Source: Elusimicrobiota bacterium (GTDB lineage: Bacteria > Elusimicrobiota > Endomicrobiia > Endomicrobiales > JBDRNC01). From it: a stretch of 64,000 nucleotides of DNA. Both the position numbers and the translations under genes were made by a program. The stretch is taken from the NCBI GenBank assembly GCA_043811535.1, contig JBDRNC010000012.1, forward strand, positions 1-64,000. Reading direction: 5' to 3'. Under the pieces are notes generated by a model. The model had not been told where the DNA came from and searched no databases. It was given only the letters and a program-made list of their open reading frames with translations. How positions within the stretch are numbered: the first letter of the stretch is position 1; each line of letters starts with the position of its first letter. Positions 16,410-26,797 of the stretch are shown one piece after another.

Positions 16410-18790
16410 AGCAGGGCCTCCCTTGATTTTAAACCTATTTGAGATGTCCTATTAATCATTTCTTCATAGCATTTGTCTATTAATTGACGGTAATTGTAAA
16501 ACACCGTTTTCCCACCTTCCTTGCGGTTGGCGCCTTTTTGGCGCACAGAAGATATTTTGTTTCTGATAAGGAACTTCCTTAATCCTTCTTCATTAACCCG
16601 AAGCAGGCACATTGCTTCTTCCCGGCTGATAAACTCCTTTTCCCAGTAACGGCCTAACAATTGGTCCTTCATGACTAAATATGAGCTCTGATCGTAGGTG
16701 TTGTGCAACACGCGGATTGTCTCATGGCCCAGTATTGATGCCACCTTCTTGGGGTCCATTCCGGCCATCAAATGCCGTATGGCAAATGCGTGCCTTAGCG
16801 AATGCATGCCTGAAAAAATGTCTTCCTTGCAGAACTTACCGAACCGATACTTGTATTTTTCTTTGTTCTCCATGCCAAATAATTCCACTTTTCCGTTAGC
16901 AGCTGTATTTTTCGTCATCATATTTTTCGTCATCATTATAAACAGTTCCCGGTACTCGAAAGGCAGGAAGCTTAAGTCTACTCTACGGGGTTTGTTTCCT
17001 TTACCTAATATTTCGATATAATATTCGTCTTCGCCTACACAATATAACCACTCGCATTGGAAAGAATATGCCTCTTTACTTCTTAATCCACAGTAAAACG
17101 CTAAAGCTATGATCATTCCCATATCGAATGTCTGTTCATCTTCCGACCCCAGAAGATATCCAATACGCTCCATAACTTTCCTTTCCTCAGGTATCACTAT
17201 CAAACGCCGGCCCGTATCGCAATATTTCTTCATCCTACCCCATCTAACTTCGGGCATCGGGGTTCCATATTCTTTCATACAAGCCTCGTAATGCCTGTAT
17301 GCCGCTTCAAATCCCGTTAAAGTTTTCTTATTCAACAATGCTTCGCCATCTTGAGTTTTGCACTGAATAATTACGCTTACCAGATCTTCTTCGTATATTT
17401 CGTCCACTTCACTAAGTATCCTGAAAAGAAACAATTCTTTAATATATAGGAAATTTGTATAAACTGTTTCCGCGACTATCCTTTTCCCGCTTTTTGCCTT
17501 ATTCTTAAAGAGTGATTTGGCGTATTTTGTGATTCTGCTGTCCGGATGCTCTTTAAGATACTCATCCAGCTCGTTCGAAACCTTGTTTCTATCATTTGTC
17601 TTTGTAAATTCGTGAACAACTGAATGGCATTTGTCTATATTTTCCAAGATATCGCTAAAATACTCGCTCAGATATATTATTATCCCTTCTTCCTCGTCAT
17701 CTTTAGATACTTCCTTGATATTTGCTTGGGTTTCAACATCTAATTTGACTTTTTTGGGGATGTATCCCGGATAAAATGATTGTGGCGCAAGTATATTGGT
17801 GCTGCGTTCCGATGTCGTTATTTCCGCAAGATAAGCAGGCTTACAGAGGTATGCTATTAGCCTGTAATAAATACCCATCTGCCTGAATGCTTCAAGCGTA
17901 GACCACTTTGAAGATATATTTAAACGGTTCCCTGCGGCGCGAACGATGCTTCGCATGCGGTTTATGAGGCCCGGATACGTTTCATTGAGCGTTTTAGCGC
18001 CCTTTATGCTTTCGTTCCCAAAGAATTTGGGCATGCGCTTAGCTAGTCTTCCTAATACTGCCCAGGCGTCTCGGGATAATGAAGATGTCCTATATGAACT
18101 GCCAGTTGTAAGAAAAAGAATATTACGTCCTTCGGAACAGTCAAAAGACACACTCAGAAGATCTCTTATGAACCCGTAGTCAAGACCTTCCCACGCCAGT
18201 ACTATCCCGAATATCGAGGCAAATCCAAGTTCTTCTTCGGTACTATATAAAGCATTTTTACGGCTTAAATTAGCAAGCCTGTTAAAAACGCATAAATCTC
18301 TTATCGCCAAAGCGTTATTTAACCCCATATCCTTATCCGTACCGATTTTAACTACGGTTTTGCGACCGCTAAAATACTGAAGTTTTAGCCTAAATGCTTC
18401 ATCTCCAAGAAGTTTCTCGTGCGATGCCAGAAAAATGAGTTGCTGTGCCAGCATTGTCTGTGTCCTCATGTTCTTTCTAAACCTTATTCTGAACCAGATT
18501 CCCGTCATACACTCCTTTAAGAGCTTCCGCAGTTCATCTTTCAGTGTGTCATTTTCCGGTTTTTGCGAGCCACCTTCCTTTTGCATATTGTTCTGACGTC
18601 TTAAAAATAGGCTTTCTTTTATATCCGCAATCGATTTTTCCAGTTTGTCAACGCATTTTGTCCTCCATTCTTCACCAAAAATATATTGGTAGCCAAATTG
18701 CTGCTTTGCGTCAAACTCATGTTTGATTAGTTTTATTACCGCTTTTTTCAAAACATCGATGGTATTACAGGCATTTCGCTCTATTTCCAT
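16322..18790 (-). CDS. Large tyrosine recombinase (822 aa) with a C-terminal HTH
   Basis: YCGLRSKEA, GKGNKPR, MHSLRHAFA, LGHETIRVLHNTY; C-terminal ISREEAMCLLRV..LRKF excisionase-like HTH. Confidence 0.85.
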   Translation of the reverse strand: MEIERNACNTIDVLKKAVIKLIKHEFDAKQQFGYQYIFGEEWRTKCVDKLEKSIADIKESLFLRRQNNMQKEGGSQKPENDTLKDELRKLLKECMTGIWFRIRFRKNMRTQTMLAQQLIFLASHEKLLGDEAFRLKLQYFSGRKTVVKIGTDKDMGLNNALAIRDLCVFNRLANLSRKNALYSTEEELGFASIFGIVLAWEGLDYGFIRDLLSVSFDCSEGRNILFLTTGSSYRTSSLSRDAWAVLGRLAKRMPKFFGNESIKGAKTLNETYPGLINRMRSIVRAAGNRLNISSKWSTLEAFRQMGIYYRLIAYLCKPAYLAEITTSERSTNILAPQSFYPGYIPKKVKLDVETQANIKEVSKDDEEEGIIIYLSEYFSDILENIDKCHSVVHEFTKTNDRNKVSNELDEYLKEHPDSRITKYAKSLFKNKAKSGKRIVAETVYTNFLYIKELFLFRILSEVDEIYEEDLVSVIIQCKTQDGEALLNKKTLTGFEAAYRHYEACMKEYGTPMPEVRWGRMKKYCDTGRRLIVIPEERKVMERIGYLLGSEDEQTFDMGMIIALAFYCGLRSKEAYSFQCEWLYCVGEDEYYIEILGKGNKPRRVDLSFLPFEYRELFIMMTKNMMTKNTAANGKVELFGMENKEKYKYRFGKFCKEDIFSGMHSLRHAFAIRHLMAGMDPKKVASILGHETIRVLHNTYDQSSYLVMKDQLLGRYWEKEFISREEAMCLLRVNEEGLRKFLIRNKISSVRQKGANRKEGGKTVFYNYRQLIDKCYEEMINRTSQIGLKSREALLWKNCSRKPRKISAEQKKLLWKSLKSKDS

Positions 18791-21294
18791 AGATTATCCA
18801 TCCTCTCAATAAATGTATTTATTTCTTTCTCCCATGGCTTTGCATGTTCGCTCATTATCGATTCATATCTTGAAAATCCCGTATAGTTAAACGGCCCGAG
18901 TTTCTCATGCCCAGGACCAAACACGTGGCCGATGATGGCCTGGAAATCTTCATATGAGCTCTTTTCTGTTTTTACGAGGTTATTATGCATAGATGAAACC
19001 GAGTATTTCCTTATATTGTCAGCATTCGCGTTTGAGTTATTCATTGCCGTTTGAATAAGCCTATTCAGCGCTTTCGCCGCATCTTTCGGATATATGAACA
19101 GTTCATCTGACTTCGGGGTTCTTATAACTGCTTCCGGCAATAAACGACTTACTCGTTTGCTTAACCTTAAAAATGAATCAAGTAAACGGTGGGCCAGATT
19201 ACACAAAATGAGAATACGACTTTCAAAATGGACCCTGTTTGGCTTTCCAATTACCACAAGACTGTTTAATGATAAAGTTATATCTCTCATTCTTATCTGA
19301 CGGACTTCCCGCTCTCTCATGGCAAGGATAAGAATAAGCAAGGCTATTACTGTCATCTCTATTTGAATATAGCGTTCTTTGCTAAATTCGGCTATATTTT
19401 CGGTTTCTGCGAATATCTTCGTCATGATGCTGTTCATATTTTCGGTATCCGTAAACGTTATATGAGGCTTGCCGTTATCCCACATTTCACGCCTTTTATC
19501 CATATTTTGCCGCAACTCATCTTTTGCCGTAAGCAGATGCGACATCAGCGCCTTTTGCCTATTCATGTTTGCGGCGTCGCATGACTTTTGATAAAACTCT
19601 ACATATTTAATCAGCCTGTCTAACAGCGAGTTCGACGATCTTTCAAATGATTCAATCAGCTGTAAAGGCATAACATAATAAAGATCGGCCCTTGTACCGG
19701 GTACAACGTTGCCACATATAAGTGATTGCTCGACTATGGTCATGTATTTCGTCTTGTCCGTGGCCCATGTGCGGGCTGTATACACTATATCGGACGAACC
19801 AAACTTTCTTGTCACGTATTTCTCCCTAAACTCTTCAATAATGGCTTTACACTTTAACCTGATCTGTTCTTTGTCGATTTCAACGTTTCCGGCGAGTTCA
19901 TCCGCCGAGAAATATATCCCTGCCGGCATTCCGGGCATATTTCCAGTATCTATCCTGCCCAAGATTATGTTCTTATATGATGTCCCAACCAGGAATGATT
20001 CTATAAATATCCGGAATATCAGCATATAACAAGGATCATATTCAGCCTTTTCAAGAACAAAATCAAGGAATAAGCATATCTTGTCTGGCATCATAACCCG
20101 CCTGTTCTCCCAGCAATACACCACCATTAAAAGCGCCCCCGTTACGTGGTGCAAGTTATATTTCTCCTTAATAACTTTTCCCAGGTACTTTTCCTTAAAT
20201 TGTTCTATCGGGATCCCGTCAGGTATCCCCTCAAAAATGTTCTCAAAATCATAATCCTCGCAGAAAACAGCCTTAAAAAACGCCTTTTGCCCTTCTGTAA
20301 CGTCATCGTCGGCTATATCGTTTACGGCTCGCTCAATCACGAGATGCCTGATTTTGCTGGTCTCAGGCTTTTCATTTATCCATATGGTCTTATGCCTTTC
20401 TGTCGCATGGAAACAATCATCTACCCAACCCATCTCCTGAGCAATAGTGTCTGGTTTATAGCCCTGCTTGACACAGTACTCCCGTATTTCTTTCTTAATA
20501 AATTCTTTTGATATCACATCGTAGGTTTCCCCGGCATTTCTTACGACATGAATTATCTTTCTGACTATGCCTATCGGGTTATTTAATTCCCCGTCTCCCT
20601 GCAGTATCGGATCTATCCTTTGCTTAAATACATCCGTTATATCAACAACACGTTTCCCTTCCGCACTCTTATTCCGTTTATTTTCAAGCTGTATTAATTC
20701 AGCCGCAATGGTATCAATGAACGTAGAATTGAAGTAAGTGCAACACGCCAGGCATAATTTTGAGAAAATGCTTGATATATTTTGTTCAAGATAGAGACTA
20801 CAAACCCCGTTGCTTAATGCTGTTCTTTCAATTTTGTTTTTTTTGCAATATGCCTTATTGTATTCCTCCATCCAATATACAGCTTTCATCATATCGTCTA
20901 CATATTTCGTGCCCCTGCCTGCTGTTATCCCGTATTCCGCAATAAGACGTCCATACATCATCCTATCTATTGGAAATATCGGTTCCAGTATTATTGCAGC
21001 AAATTGATTCCTGTATTCATCCAACCTCCCGAGACGCATTGAATATACAAACCAAATAAAGTATTCCAATATGCTTCCTTTGGCTTTTATCAACCCGCAG
21101 CGTATCATGTCCGCAACTTGTTTCTTGATGAAGGTTTCGTTTCTTTGTATTTCTCTTCCAAACTGTGATAGCGAAGGGCTGTTATCCAGTGCTATTTTTG
21201 TTATGAGGTTTTTCAATGTGAAAGAACCAGTCAAATCAACAAGAGTCCGCAGCAAACGATCCATTTCAACGATTTCCATAGAATTACGTTTCAT
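18781..21294 (-). CDS. Large divergent tyrosine-recombinase-like protein (837 aa)
   Basis: LAMREREV, VIGKPNR, DNIRK, IIGH...Y near the C-terminus. Confidence 0.65.
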   Translation of the reverse strand: MKRNSMEIVEMDRLLRTLVDLTGSFTLKNLITKIALDNSPSLSQFGREIQRNETFIKKQVADMIRCGLIKAKGSILEYFIWFVYSMRLGRLDEYRNQFAAIILEPIFPIDRMMYGRLIAEYGITAGRGTKYVDDMMKAVYWMEEYNKAYCKKNKIERTALSNGVCSLYLEQNISSIFSKLCLACCTYFNSTFIDTIAAELIQLENKRNKSAEGKRVVDITDVFKQRIDPILQGDGELNNPIGIVRKIIHVVRNAGETYDVISKEFIKKEIREYCVKQGYKPDTIAQEMGWVDDCFHATERHKTIWINEKPETSKIRHLVIERAVNDIADDDVTEGQKAFFKAVFCEDYDFENIFEGIPDGIPIEQFKEKYLGKVIKEKYNLHHVTGALLMVVYCWENRRVMMPDKICLFLDFVLEKAEYDPCYMLIFRIFIESFLVGTSYKNIILGRIDTGNMPGMPAGIYFSADELAGNVEIDKEQIRLKCKAIIEEFREKYVTRKFGSSDIVYTARTWATDKTKYMTIVEQSLICGNVVPGTRADLYYVMPLQLIESFERSSNSLLDRLIKYVEFYQKSCDAANMNRQKALMSHLLTAKDELRQNMDKRREMWDNGKPHITFTDTENMNSIMTKIFAETENIAEFSKERYIQIEMTVIALLILILAMREREVRQIRMRDITLSLNSLVVIGKPNRVHFESRILILCNLAHRLLDSFLRLSKRVSRLLPEAVIRTPKSDELFIYPKDAAKALNRLIQTAMNNSNANADNIRKYSVSSMHNNLVKTEKSSYEDFQAIIGHVFGPGHEKLGPFNYTGFSRYESIMSEHAKPWEKEINTFIERMDNLWK

Positions 21295-21611
21295 TGTTCC
21301 TCCTTCTGTCCCTCTACTAACATTATACTGTTATCAGGCCGATGCATTCCTGTAATGCATTCACTTTCAATTGCTTGAAATAGTGCATCAATAATTTATA
21401 ATAATTCATACTAACACAAATATTTTATATATGCATATCCCATTGTATTTACAATGCTATTTGTAATATATATTTGGAGCATTTTGTTAATCCGACCCCA
21501 TAAACGAGCATGTGATTATTAATATGCAAATTGCTTTATAACCGATTTTATGATATCATCTATGCTATAAGTTTGCTAATAATAACATTTCGATAGACAG
21601 GTATTTAACGA

Positions 21612-22346
21612 ATGTCTCCCACTAACCTCCAAGATCAAATATTAGGTATTGAAGATATATTTACGATAAAACGCTTAATAAATAGGTTTAAGTCAGACTA
21701 TTCTATTCAATATGTTAAAAATACCGTTTCAAGGTTATCAAATGAAAGTAAGATTCATAGAATCAAGAAGGGTGTGTATTCAAGAGAGAAACTTGATTAT
21801 TTAGACATAATCACGCTATTAGACAAAGATGCCCGTATTTCTTTCGATGTGCCACTCAGAATGGACGGAACCAAACGACCACATCGTCCAAAAAAATATA
21901 AGTATTATCATGCCATAACAATAAATCAACCCAGAATATATGAATCAAAAGATTTTCATATAATTATTCATAAAATTAAAAAAGCCTTATATCTAGGAAC
22001 CAGCTATTGCAATAGGAATGCTGTCAATTCAGAAGAAGCAATAATTGACATTCTCTATTACAACATCCCGGATCCTGCAATTGATATATATATGAAAAGA
22101 ATGGCTATAGAAACGATAAAGAAATACAAAACTATAGACATATCAATAGATAGATTAAAGCAATACGCCAAGAAGGCTGGAATTGCTTGCGAAAGAAAAC
22201 TTGGATTTATCCTAGATAAGCTGGGGATTGAAGAACGTAATGATAATGCACTAAAACACACACTTATGGATTATACCGTATTATGCGGCGAGGATCGATT
22301 TAATCCGGATTGGAGAGTCTATTACGATAAAGGGCTTTTTAAATGA
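21612..22346 (+). CDS. AbiEi-like (type IV TA antitoxin) transcriptional regulator
   Basis: N-terminal wHTH VSRLSNESKIHRIKKGVY, EEAIIDIL, RKLGFILD, C-terminal NPDWRV. Confidence 0.65.
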   Translation: MSPTNLQDQILGIEDIFTIKRLINRFKSDYSIQYVKNTVSRLSNESKIHRIKKGVYSREKLDYLDIITLLDKDARISFDVPLRMDGTKRPHRPKKYKYYHAITINQPRIYESKDFHIIIHKIKKALYLGTSYCNRNAVNSEEAIIDILYYNIPDPAIDIYMKRMAIETIKKYKTIDISIDRLKQYAKKAGIACERKLGFILDKLGIEERNDNALKHTLMDYTVLCGEDRFNPDWRVYYDKGLFK

Positions 22347-22458
22347 TACGGGATTGTATTTAGGTCTTGCTGCTGACATGAATTTTAGGAATGTATTTTG
22401 ATATGTTGTTTTGCGGCAGAATATCTGGCAGGATTCTACATCTTAATTTCACTAGAGC

Positions 22459-22923
22459 TTATTTGTAATTCCTGTACGCCTTATTAAGCACCTGGAGAAT
22501 ATCACTGGGCAACGCCAAGTATGTTTCCACATGGCAGTTCACATACGTTAATACGTATGGGATATATGACAAATCCCGATAATCCGATATTGCTACGCAT
22601 AATCTTTCGGCCCCACTTTCCTCGTCTTTTACGAAAGGCACTATTAGGTGTTTGCGGGCAAATTCTTCGGGAATCAGTTTCACAACTTCTTTGAGAGGCT
22701 CTATTCCGTCCAGAAGCACTGCCTTCATATTCCAATCCTGCGACATTGCCCTTAACAGATCCACTTTCCCTATTAACTGCATTCTTACTGCCAATGTCTG
22801 AATAGGCGTATGCGTCCTTTCACATTCTTTAAGAAGGATCTCTTCCTCCTCTTTATTAAGCAGCTTATTATCTCTAATAACTTGCAATACTGATTTACGG
22901 CTAAAACACCTTTCATCATTCAT
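22459..22923 (-). CDS. Stand-alone GspE/PilB N-terminal (MshEN-type) domain protein
   Basis: LIPEEFARKHLIVPF...LCVAISD resembles the N-terminus of GspE at 32854..34551. Confidence 0.75.
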   Translation of the reverse strand: MNDERCFSRKSVLQVIRDNKLLNKEEEEILLKECERTHTPIQTLAVRMQLIGKVDLLRAMSQDWNMKAVLLDGIEPLKEVVKLIPEEFARKHLIVPFVKDEESGAERLCVAISDYRDLSYIPYVLTYVNCHVETYLALPSDILQVLNKAYRNYK

Positions 22924-23013
22924 TCGAACCTCCTTTGGGATGGATATTTTTATAGTAAATATGTATTTGTGGAAGGGATTTTGTTAATGCTGGTTTTCGG
23001 TTTAGCGGAATTT

Positions 23014-23226
23014 CTATTTTGACTTGTTCGCCTTATAATACTGCCTAATGACTCGTAGCCCATGCGCCTGCGAATCCCTGTGCTTTTTTATTCTTATATA
23101 TTCCGGATCTGTTTTGGCCAGCCGTTTCATTCTCATCCTTTTTGATTTCTCTTCCGCTTCCACTTTCATCATCTGTATAGTGCCTTCAGAGAGCTGTATT
23201 GGTATTTTTGATAGCGTTTTAGCCAT
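23014..23226 (-). CDS. Small basic hypothetical protein
   Basis: 70-aa ORF with an AAGGAGG RBS. Confidence 0.5.
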   Translation of the reverse strand: MAKTLSKIPIQLSEGTIQMMKVEAEEKSKRMRMKRLAKTDPEYIRIKKHRDSQAHGLRVIRQYYKANKSK

Positions 23227-23381
23227 ATATTTTCCTCCTTGGACAAAACGGACTTTACTCCACTGATAAGGTCATCGCAAAATGCGATAACCTTCGTTAC
23301 GCGTCGCATCCGATTTTAAGAGAATACATCTAACTGGAGACTTAACTTATGGCTGGAACATAAAACGGGGAGATCAATCTT

Positions 23382-23969
23382 TCAGAATGATTTGCTTACA
23401 ACGAAGTTAATACTATTTCCGTTAACATAATAATTCATTTTTATACTATTCTTGGTGCTATTTTGTCTAGCCTTATCCTTCTTTAAATCTCTGTAAGCAT
23501 CTATTGCGATATCTATTAATCCTATTATTGCCGTCACTGAAGCTAAATTGTTTATTGATTTGGCATAGGATTCGTAATTGTCAGCCTGTCCCCTATATAC
23601 CCCTGCCTGATAGTTATATGCAATAGAATTATTGTTATGTTCATATGCGGCCGTTAAACTTCTATTATAGTATCCCCATAATATTTTTTCTTCCGATAAA
23701 CCGGTTCCCATACCGCGATCGCTTAATTCAAGTAACCATTCATAGGCCTTATCCATATCTTCCTTTGCTGATTCTTGTTCATCTTCAGCTGATGCCAATG
23801 CCAAGTTTGCCTGTCTATTATACTCGCTTGTCCTACTCGATACATTTTTCCCTTCGCTTAATAACACTCCAGAAGCAATCAGCAATATTACCCCCCTAAC
23901 ATAACAATGCGCATTTGGCGCCGTAATCAATAACATGCATATTACCATGCATACTAATTTTCTATACAT
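23382..23969 (-). CDS. Hypothetical secreted/membrane protein
   Basis: Signal-peptide-like N-terminus, hydrophobic helices, C-terminal Phe. Confidence 0.65.
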   Translation of the reverse strand: MYRKLVCMVICMLLITAPNAHCYVRGVILLIASGVLLSEGKNVSSRTSEYNRQANLALASAEDEQESAKEDMDKAYEWLLELSDRGMGTGLSEEKILWGYYNRSLTAAYEHNNNSIAYNYQAGVYRGQADNYESYAKSINNLASVTAIIGLIDIAIDAYRDLKKDKARQNSTKNSIKMNYYVNGNSINFVVSKSF

Positions 23970-24124
23970 ATTCCCTCCTTTTTCATTTAATATTACATCT
24001 CGATTATATGAATATATATACTATATGTCAATGTATTACTTATTTATCTATAGTTACTGTTATTATGAATAGGCTTTATCTATACTTACCCTTAGTAAAG
24101 AATTCAGATTTAAGGGATGGGTAT

Positions 24125-24460
24125 ATGGAAGAGATTTATACGGTAGTAGGGCGTAGAATTAAGGAAATCAGAGCAAAATTAGGCATTACCCAAGAAAAAC
24201 TAGCCGAACTTACGGGATTGAGTGTGGCATTTATAGGTCAGGTTGAGCGAGGTCACAATAGGGCAAGCCTTGCAACAATTCAAAAGATTGCGGATTCCAT
24301 GAGAGTGAAAGTATCGGAGCTATTCAAGGACGTCCCACTAAACAAGAATATGACGTACACTCTTCCCAATAAGATCTCGTTGTTACTTAAAAACTCATCT
24401 ACTAAATCCAGGAAGGATCTTGTACGCGTGATTCGGTTGTTTCTTGAAAAGAACAAATAA
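24125..24460 (+). CDS. XRE-family HTH regulator
   Basis: GRRIKEIRAKLGITQEKLAELTGLSVAFIGQVERG. Confidence 0.9.
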   Translation: MEEIYTVVGRRIKEIRAKLGITQEKLAELTGLSVAFIGQVERGHNRASLATIQKIADSMRVKVSELFKDVPLNKNMTYTLPNKISLLLKNSSTKSRKDLVRVIRLFLEKNK

Positions 24461-24482
24461 TCCAGTTTATTGTATTCCAAAT

Positions 24483-24519
24483 AAAAAACCACCCCATTCA
24501 TTCAAATAGGGTGGTTTTT
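24483..24519. terminator. Bidirectional terminator between the convergent XRE and gspD genes
   Basis: AAAAAACCACCC...GGGTGGTTTTT. Confidence 0.75.
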
Positions 24520-24652
24520 CTTGAGCATCTATTATATTCAAATTACAACCCCAATAGCATATCAACATGTCACAAATATGGCACAAAATGCCCTAAATGG
24601 GCCTAAAACACGTTGAAATTAGGCTATTGTATGCTGGTTCTGTAAGCCAGAT

Positions 24653-26254
24653 TTAGAATGGCCAGATGTATTCGAAGAATGATGGCTTTTTCCCGTCCAA
24701 TCTATCCTGGGCTTTACTAATTCCCTTGTTTATTTTCTTTGTCATTTTTTTGTCGCCGGAATAAGTAAGCGCTCTCCTATACTCAACGATAGCTTCCTCA
24801 TATTTCTTCTGCTTGAATAATAGCTTCCCTGCAGCATATGCTTTTATTGCTTCTTCCCTGTTTGGGGTGTTCTTAATATGGGTTTGCGCCTCCTTCTCTT
24901 TCGTTAATTCAACGGCCTGCTCGCTCGTAGTTATTATATGAGGAGTAATGAATATCAATAATTCCGTTTTTTCATCAACTGTTCCGGATTTTCTGAAAAG
25001 GGCACCTATAATCGGTATATCACCAAGCAATGGAACCTTGCTAAGCGTTTTAGACTCGTCATTCCTCATAAGACCACCAAGTATTATGGTCTGGCCATTC
25101 TTAACGACTATCGAAGTATCTATTTCGCGAGTCGCGAGTATGGGGGCATTAAGCTCTGCGTTGGTCCCTAGGATTTTCTTTATGACTGGATGCACCTGTA
25201 AGTATATTTCGCCCTCGGGATTTATTCGCGGGGTGACTTCAAGCTCAATGGCTACAGATTTATACTCGTAGCTTTTTACTTGTTCTCCCCCTGTAAGTAT
25301 CCTTGTGTCTTTCAATACGGGCACCTCTTCACCAACCCGTATGACAGCCTTTTTGTTGTTCGAAGCCATTACGTGCGGCGTTGAAAGGATATTAACATTC
25401 TTGTCCGTGGCAAGTGCCTGAAGCAGTCCTGTATATTTGCTGTCGTCCTTAATTATCGAATATTTGAAACCTTCCGTTATGTACCCGCCAATGCCAAGCG
25501 CCTGACTGATCGCCTGGGTATATTGTTCACCTTCTATAGTGGTCTGACCGTTGAAAGACCATTCAACACCCAGCTTCGTTTCTTCGGTCAGCGTAACTTC
25601 AGTTATCATTGCTTCTATGAGCACCTGTGGGGTACGCTGGTCAAGGTTCTCTATGATTTTGAGGACACGCTGGATGTTTGAGGCCACATCGGTCACTACA
25701 AGGGTATTGGTCCTTTCATTGGCAAGCACGCTTCCACCCCTGAAAATCAAGCTCTGAATGTCGCCCTTAATCTCGCTTGCTCCAACGAATTTTAGCGGTA
25801 TTATCTGCGTTATTATCCGATCCTCACCGCTAACAGAGTTTTTTGGGCTTCCTTCGTTCACTTCCACGTTCTTTTGTATAGCTTCTGACTGGGAGACTAT
25901 CTTCATCACACGATCGCTTTTTCTTAGCATTGTGAAACCCTTAACCTCAAGTATCGACTGCAGAATATCCAGCGCCTCGCGCGCAGAGACACGTACTGGG
26001 CTTATCACGGTTACGTTGCCCTTAACAGAATCTGCTTTTATGAATATCAATCCCGTGACTTCGCTGAAGAATTTCAGCACAACATCAAGATCCGTGTTCT
26101 GGAAGTTCAATGATATGGATTTATCTTCGCTTCTCAATTCGGGAACAGCTTCGGCCGATTGACCCTGCTGTTGTGTTGGAATGATGTCGTCGACAGCGTA
26201 AAGCTGGATTACAAGGAATATCGTTGCAAGCATGGCACCGGTAATAATTTTCAT
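24653..26254 (-). CDS. gspD: Type II secretion secretin with a C-terminal TPR
   Basis: N0/N domains, QVLIEAMITEV, GGLM...KVPLLGDIPIIGALF, ELLIFITPHI. Confidence 0.93.
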   Translation of the reverse strand: MKIITGAMLATIFLVIQLYAVDDIIPTQQQGQSAEAVPELRSEDKSISLNFQNTDLDVVLKFFSEVTGLIFIKADSVKGNVTVISPVRVSAREALDILQSILEVKGFTMLRKSDRVMKIVSQSEAIQKNVEVNEGSPKNSVSGEDRIITQIIPLKFVGASEIKGDIQSLIFRGGSVLANERTNTLVVTDVASNIQRVLKIIENLDQRTPQVLIEAMITEVTLTEETKLGVEWSFNGQTTIEGEQYTQAISQALGIGGYITEGFKYSIIKDDSKYTGLLQALATDKNVNILSTPHVMASNNKKAVIRVGEEVPVLKDTRILTGGEQVKSYEYKSVAIELEVTPRINPEGEIYLQVHPVIKKILGTNAELNAPILATREIDTSIVVKNGQTIILGGLMRNDESKTLSKVPLLGDIPIIGALFRKSGTVDEKTELLIFITPHIITTSEQAVELTKEKEAQTHIKNTPNREEAIKAYAAGKLLFKQKKYEEAIVEYRRALTYSGDKKMTKKINKGISKAQDRLDGKKPSFFEYIWPF

Positions 26255-26275
26255 TAAATAGACCTCCAAAGATAT

Positions 26276-26797
26276 TTATTTAGGATAATCGCTTTGTTCG
26301 TTAATACCTTTCTTTAATGAAAGTGTTATCTTAAAGGAGCCCTGATAATCCAGGACTACTTCATTCTGTAATTCATTGACAGATTCGACAACGCATTCTT
26401 CGACTTTGTCGCCCTGCTTGAGGATAAGCGTTTTGCCGCCTTCCCTTTTGTTCTGGACAAAAGCCACAACCTTATTACCGTCAAACACAACACCCGTAAG
26501 CTGCAACGAGGATTCTATCTGCTTTTTTTTCGTTTCGATCTTCCGTTGTTCTTCCTGTTTGCGGAGTTCACCAAGTTTGTTTTCCTGCTCGTTCTTTATT
26601 CTCTCAAACTCGGTCTTTCTTTCGGCTTCAAGTTCCTCCGGCGTCTTCTGCGAGCTGCGCCATATCGGGTAGAACAGGTTCCTTGAGGTCACCGCCGAGT
26701 ATCTTGAGAAGGAAGGTATATTTCGCGCGTAAACAGCCTGTACCGCGCATAGAACGGTAAGACACAAACCGACGATAGTCATAACTATTTTCTTCAC
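26276..26797 (-). CDS. GspC/PilP-like T2SS protein
   Basis: N-terminal TM, RNLF, LQLTGVV...GDKV HR-like domain; position in the operon. Confidence 0.6.
   Translation of the reverse strand: MKKIVMTIVGLCLTVLCAVQAVYARNIPSFSRYSAVTSRNLFYPIWRSSQKTPEELEAERKTEFERIKNEQENKLGELRKQEEQRKIETKKKQIESSLQLTGVVFDGNKVVAFVQNKREGGKTLILKQGDKVEECVVESVNELQNEVVLDYQGSFKITLSLKKGINEQSDYPK

Noticed and set aside
11032..21504. GACCCCATAAA at 11041 and 21494 as att repeats around the recombinase region
   Set aside because: Only 11 bp; such matches are expected by chance in 64 kb, although both are intergenic
12867..24460. Prophage
   Set aside because: Integrase, xis and XRE are present, but there are no terminase, capsid, portal, replication or lysis genes
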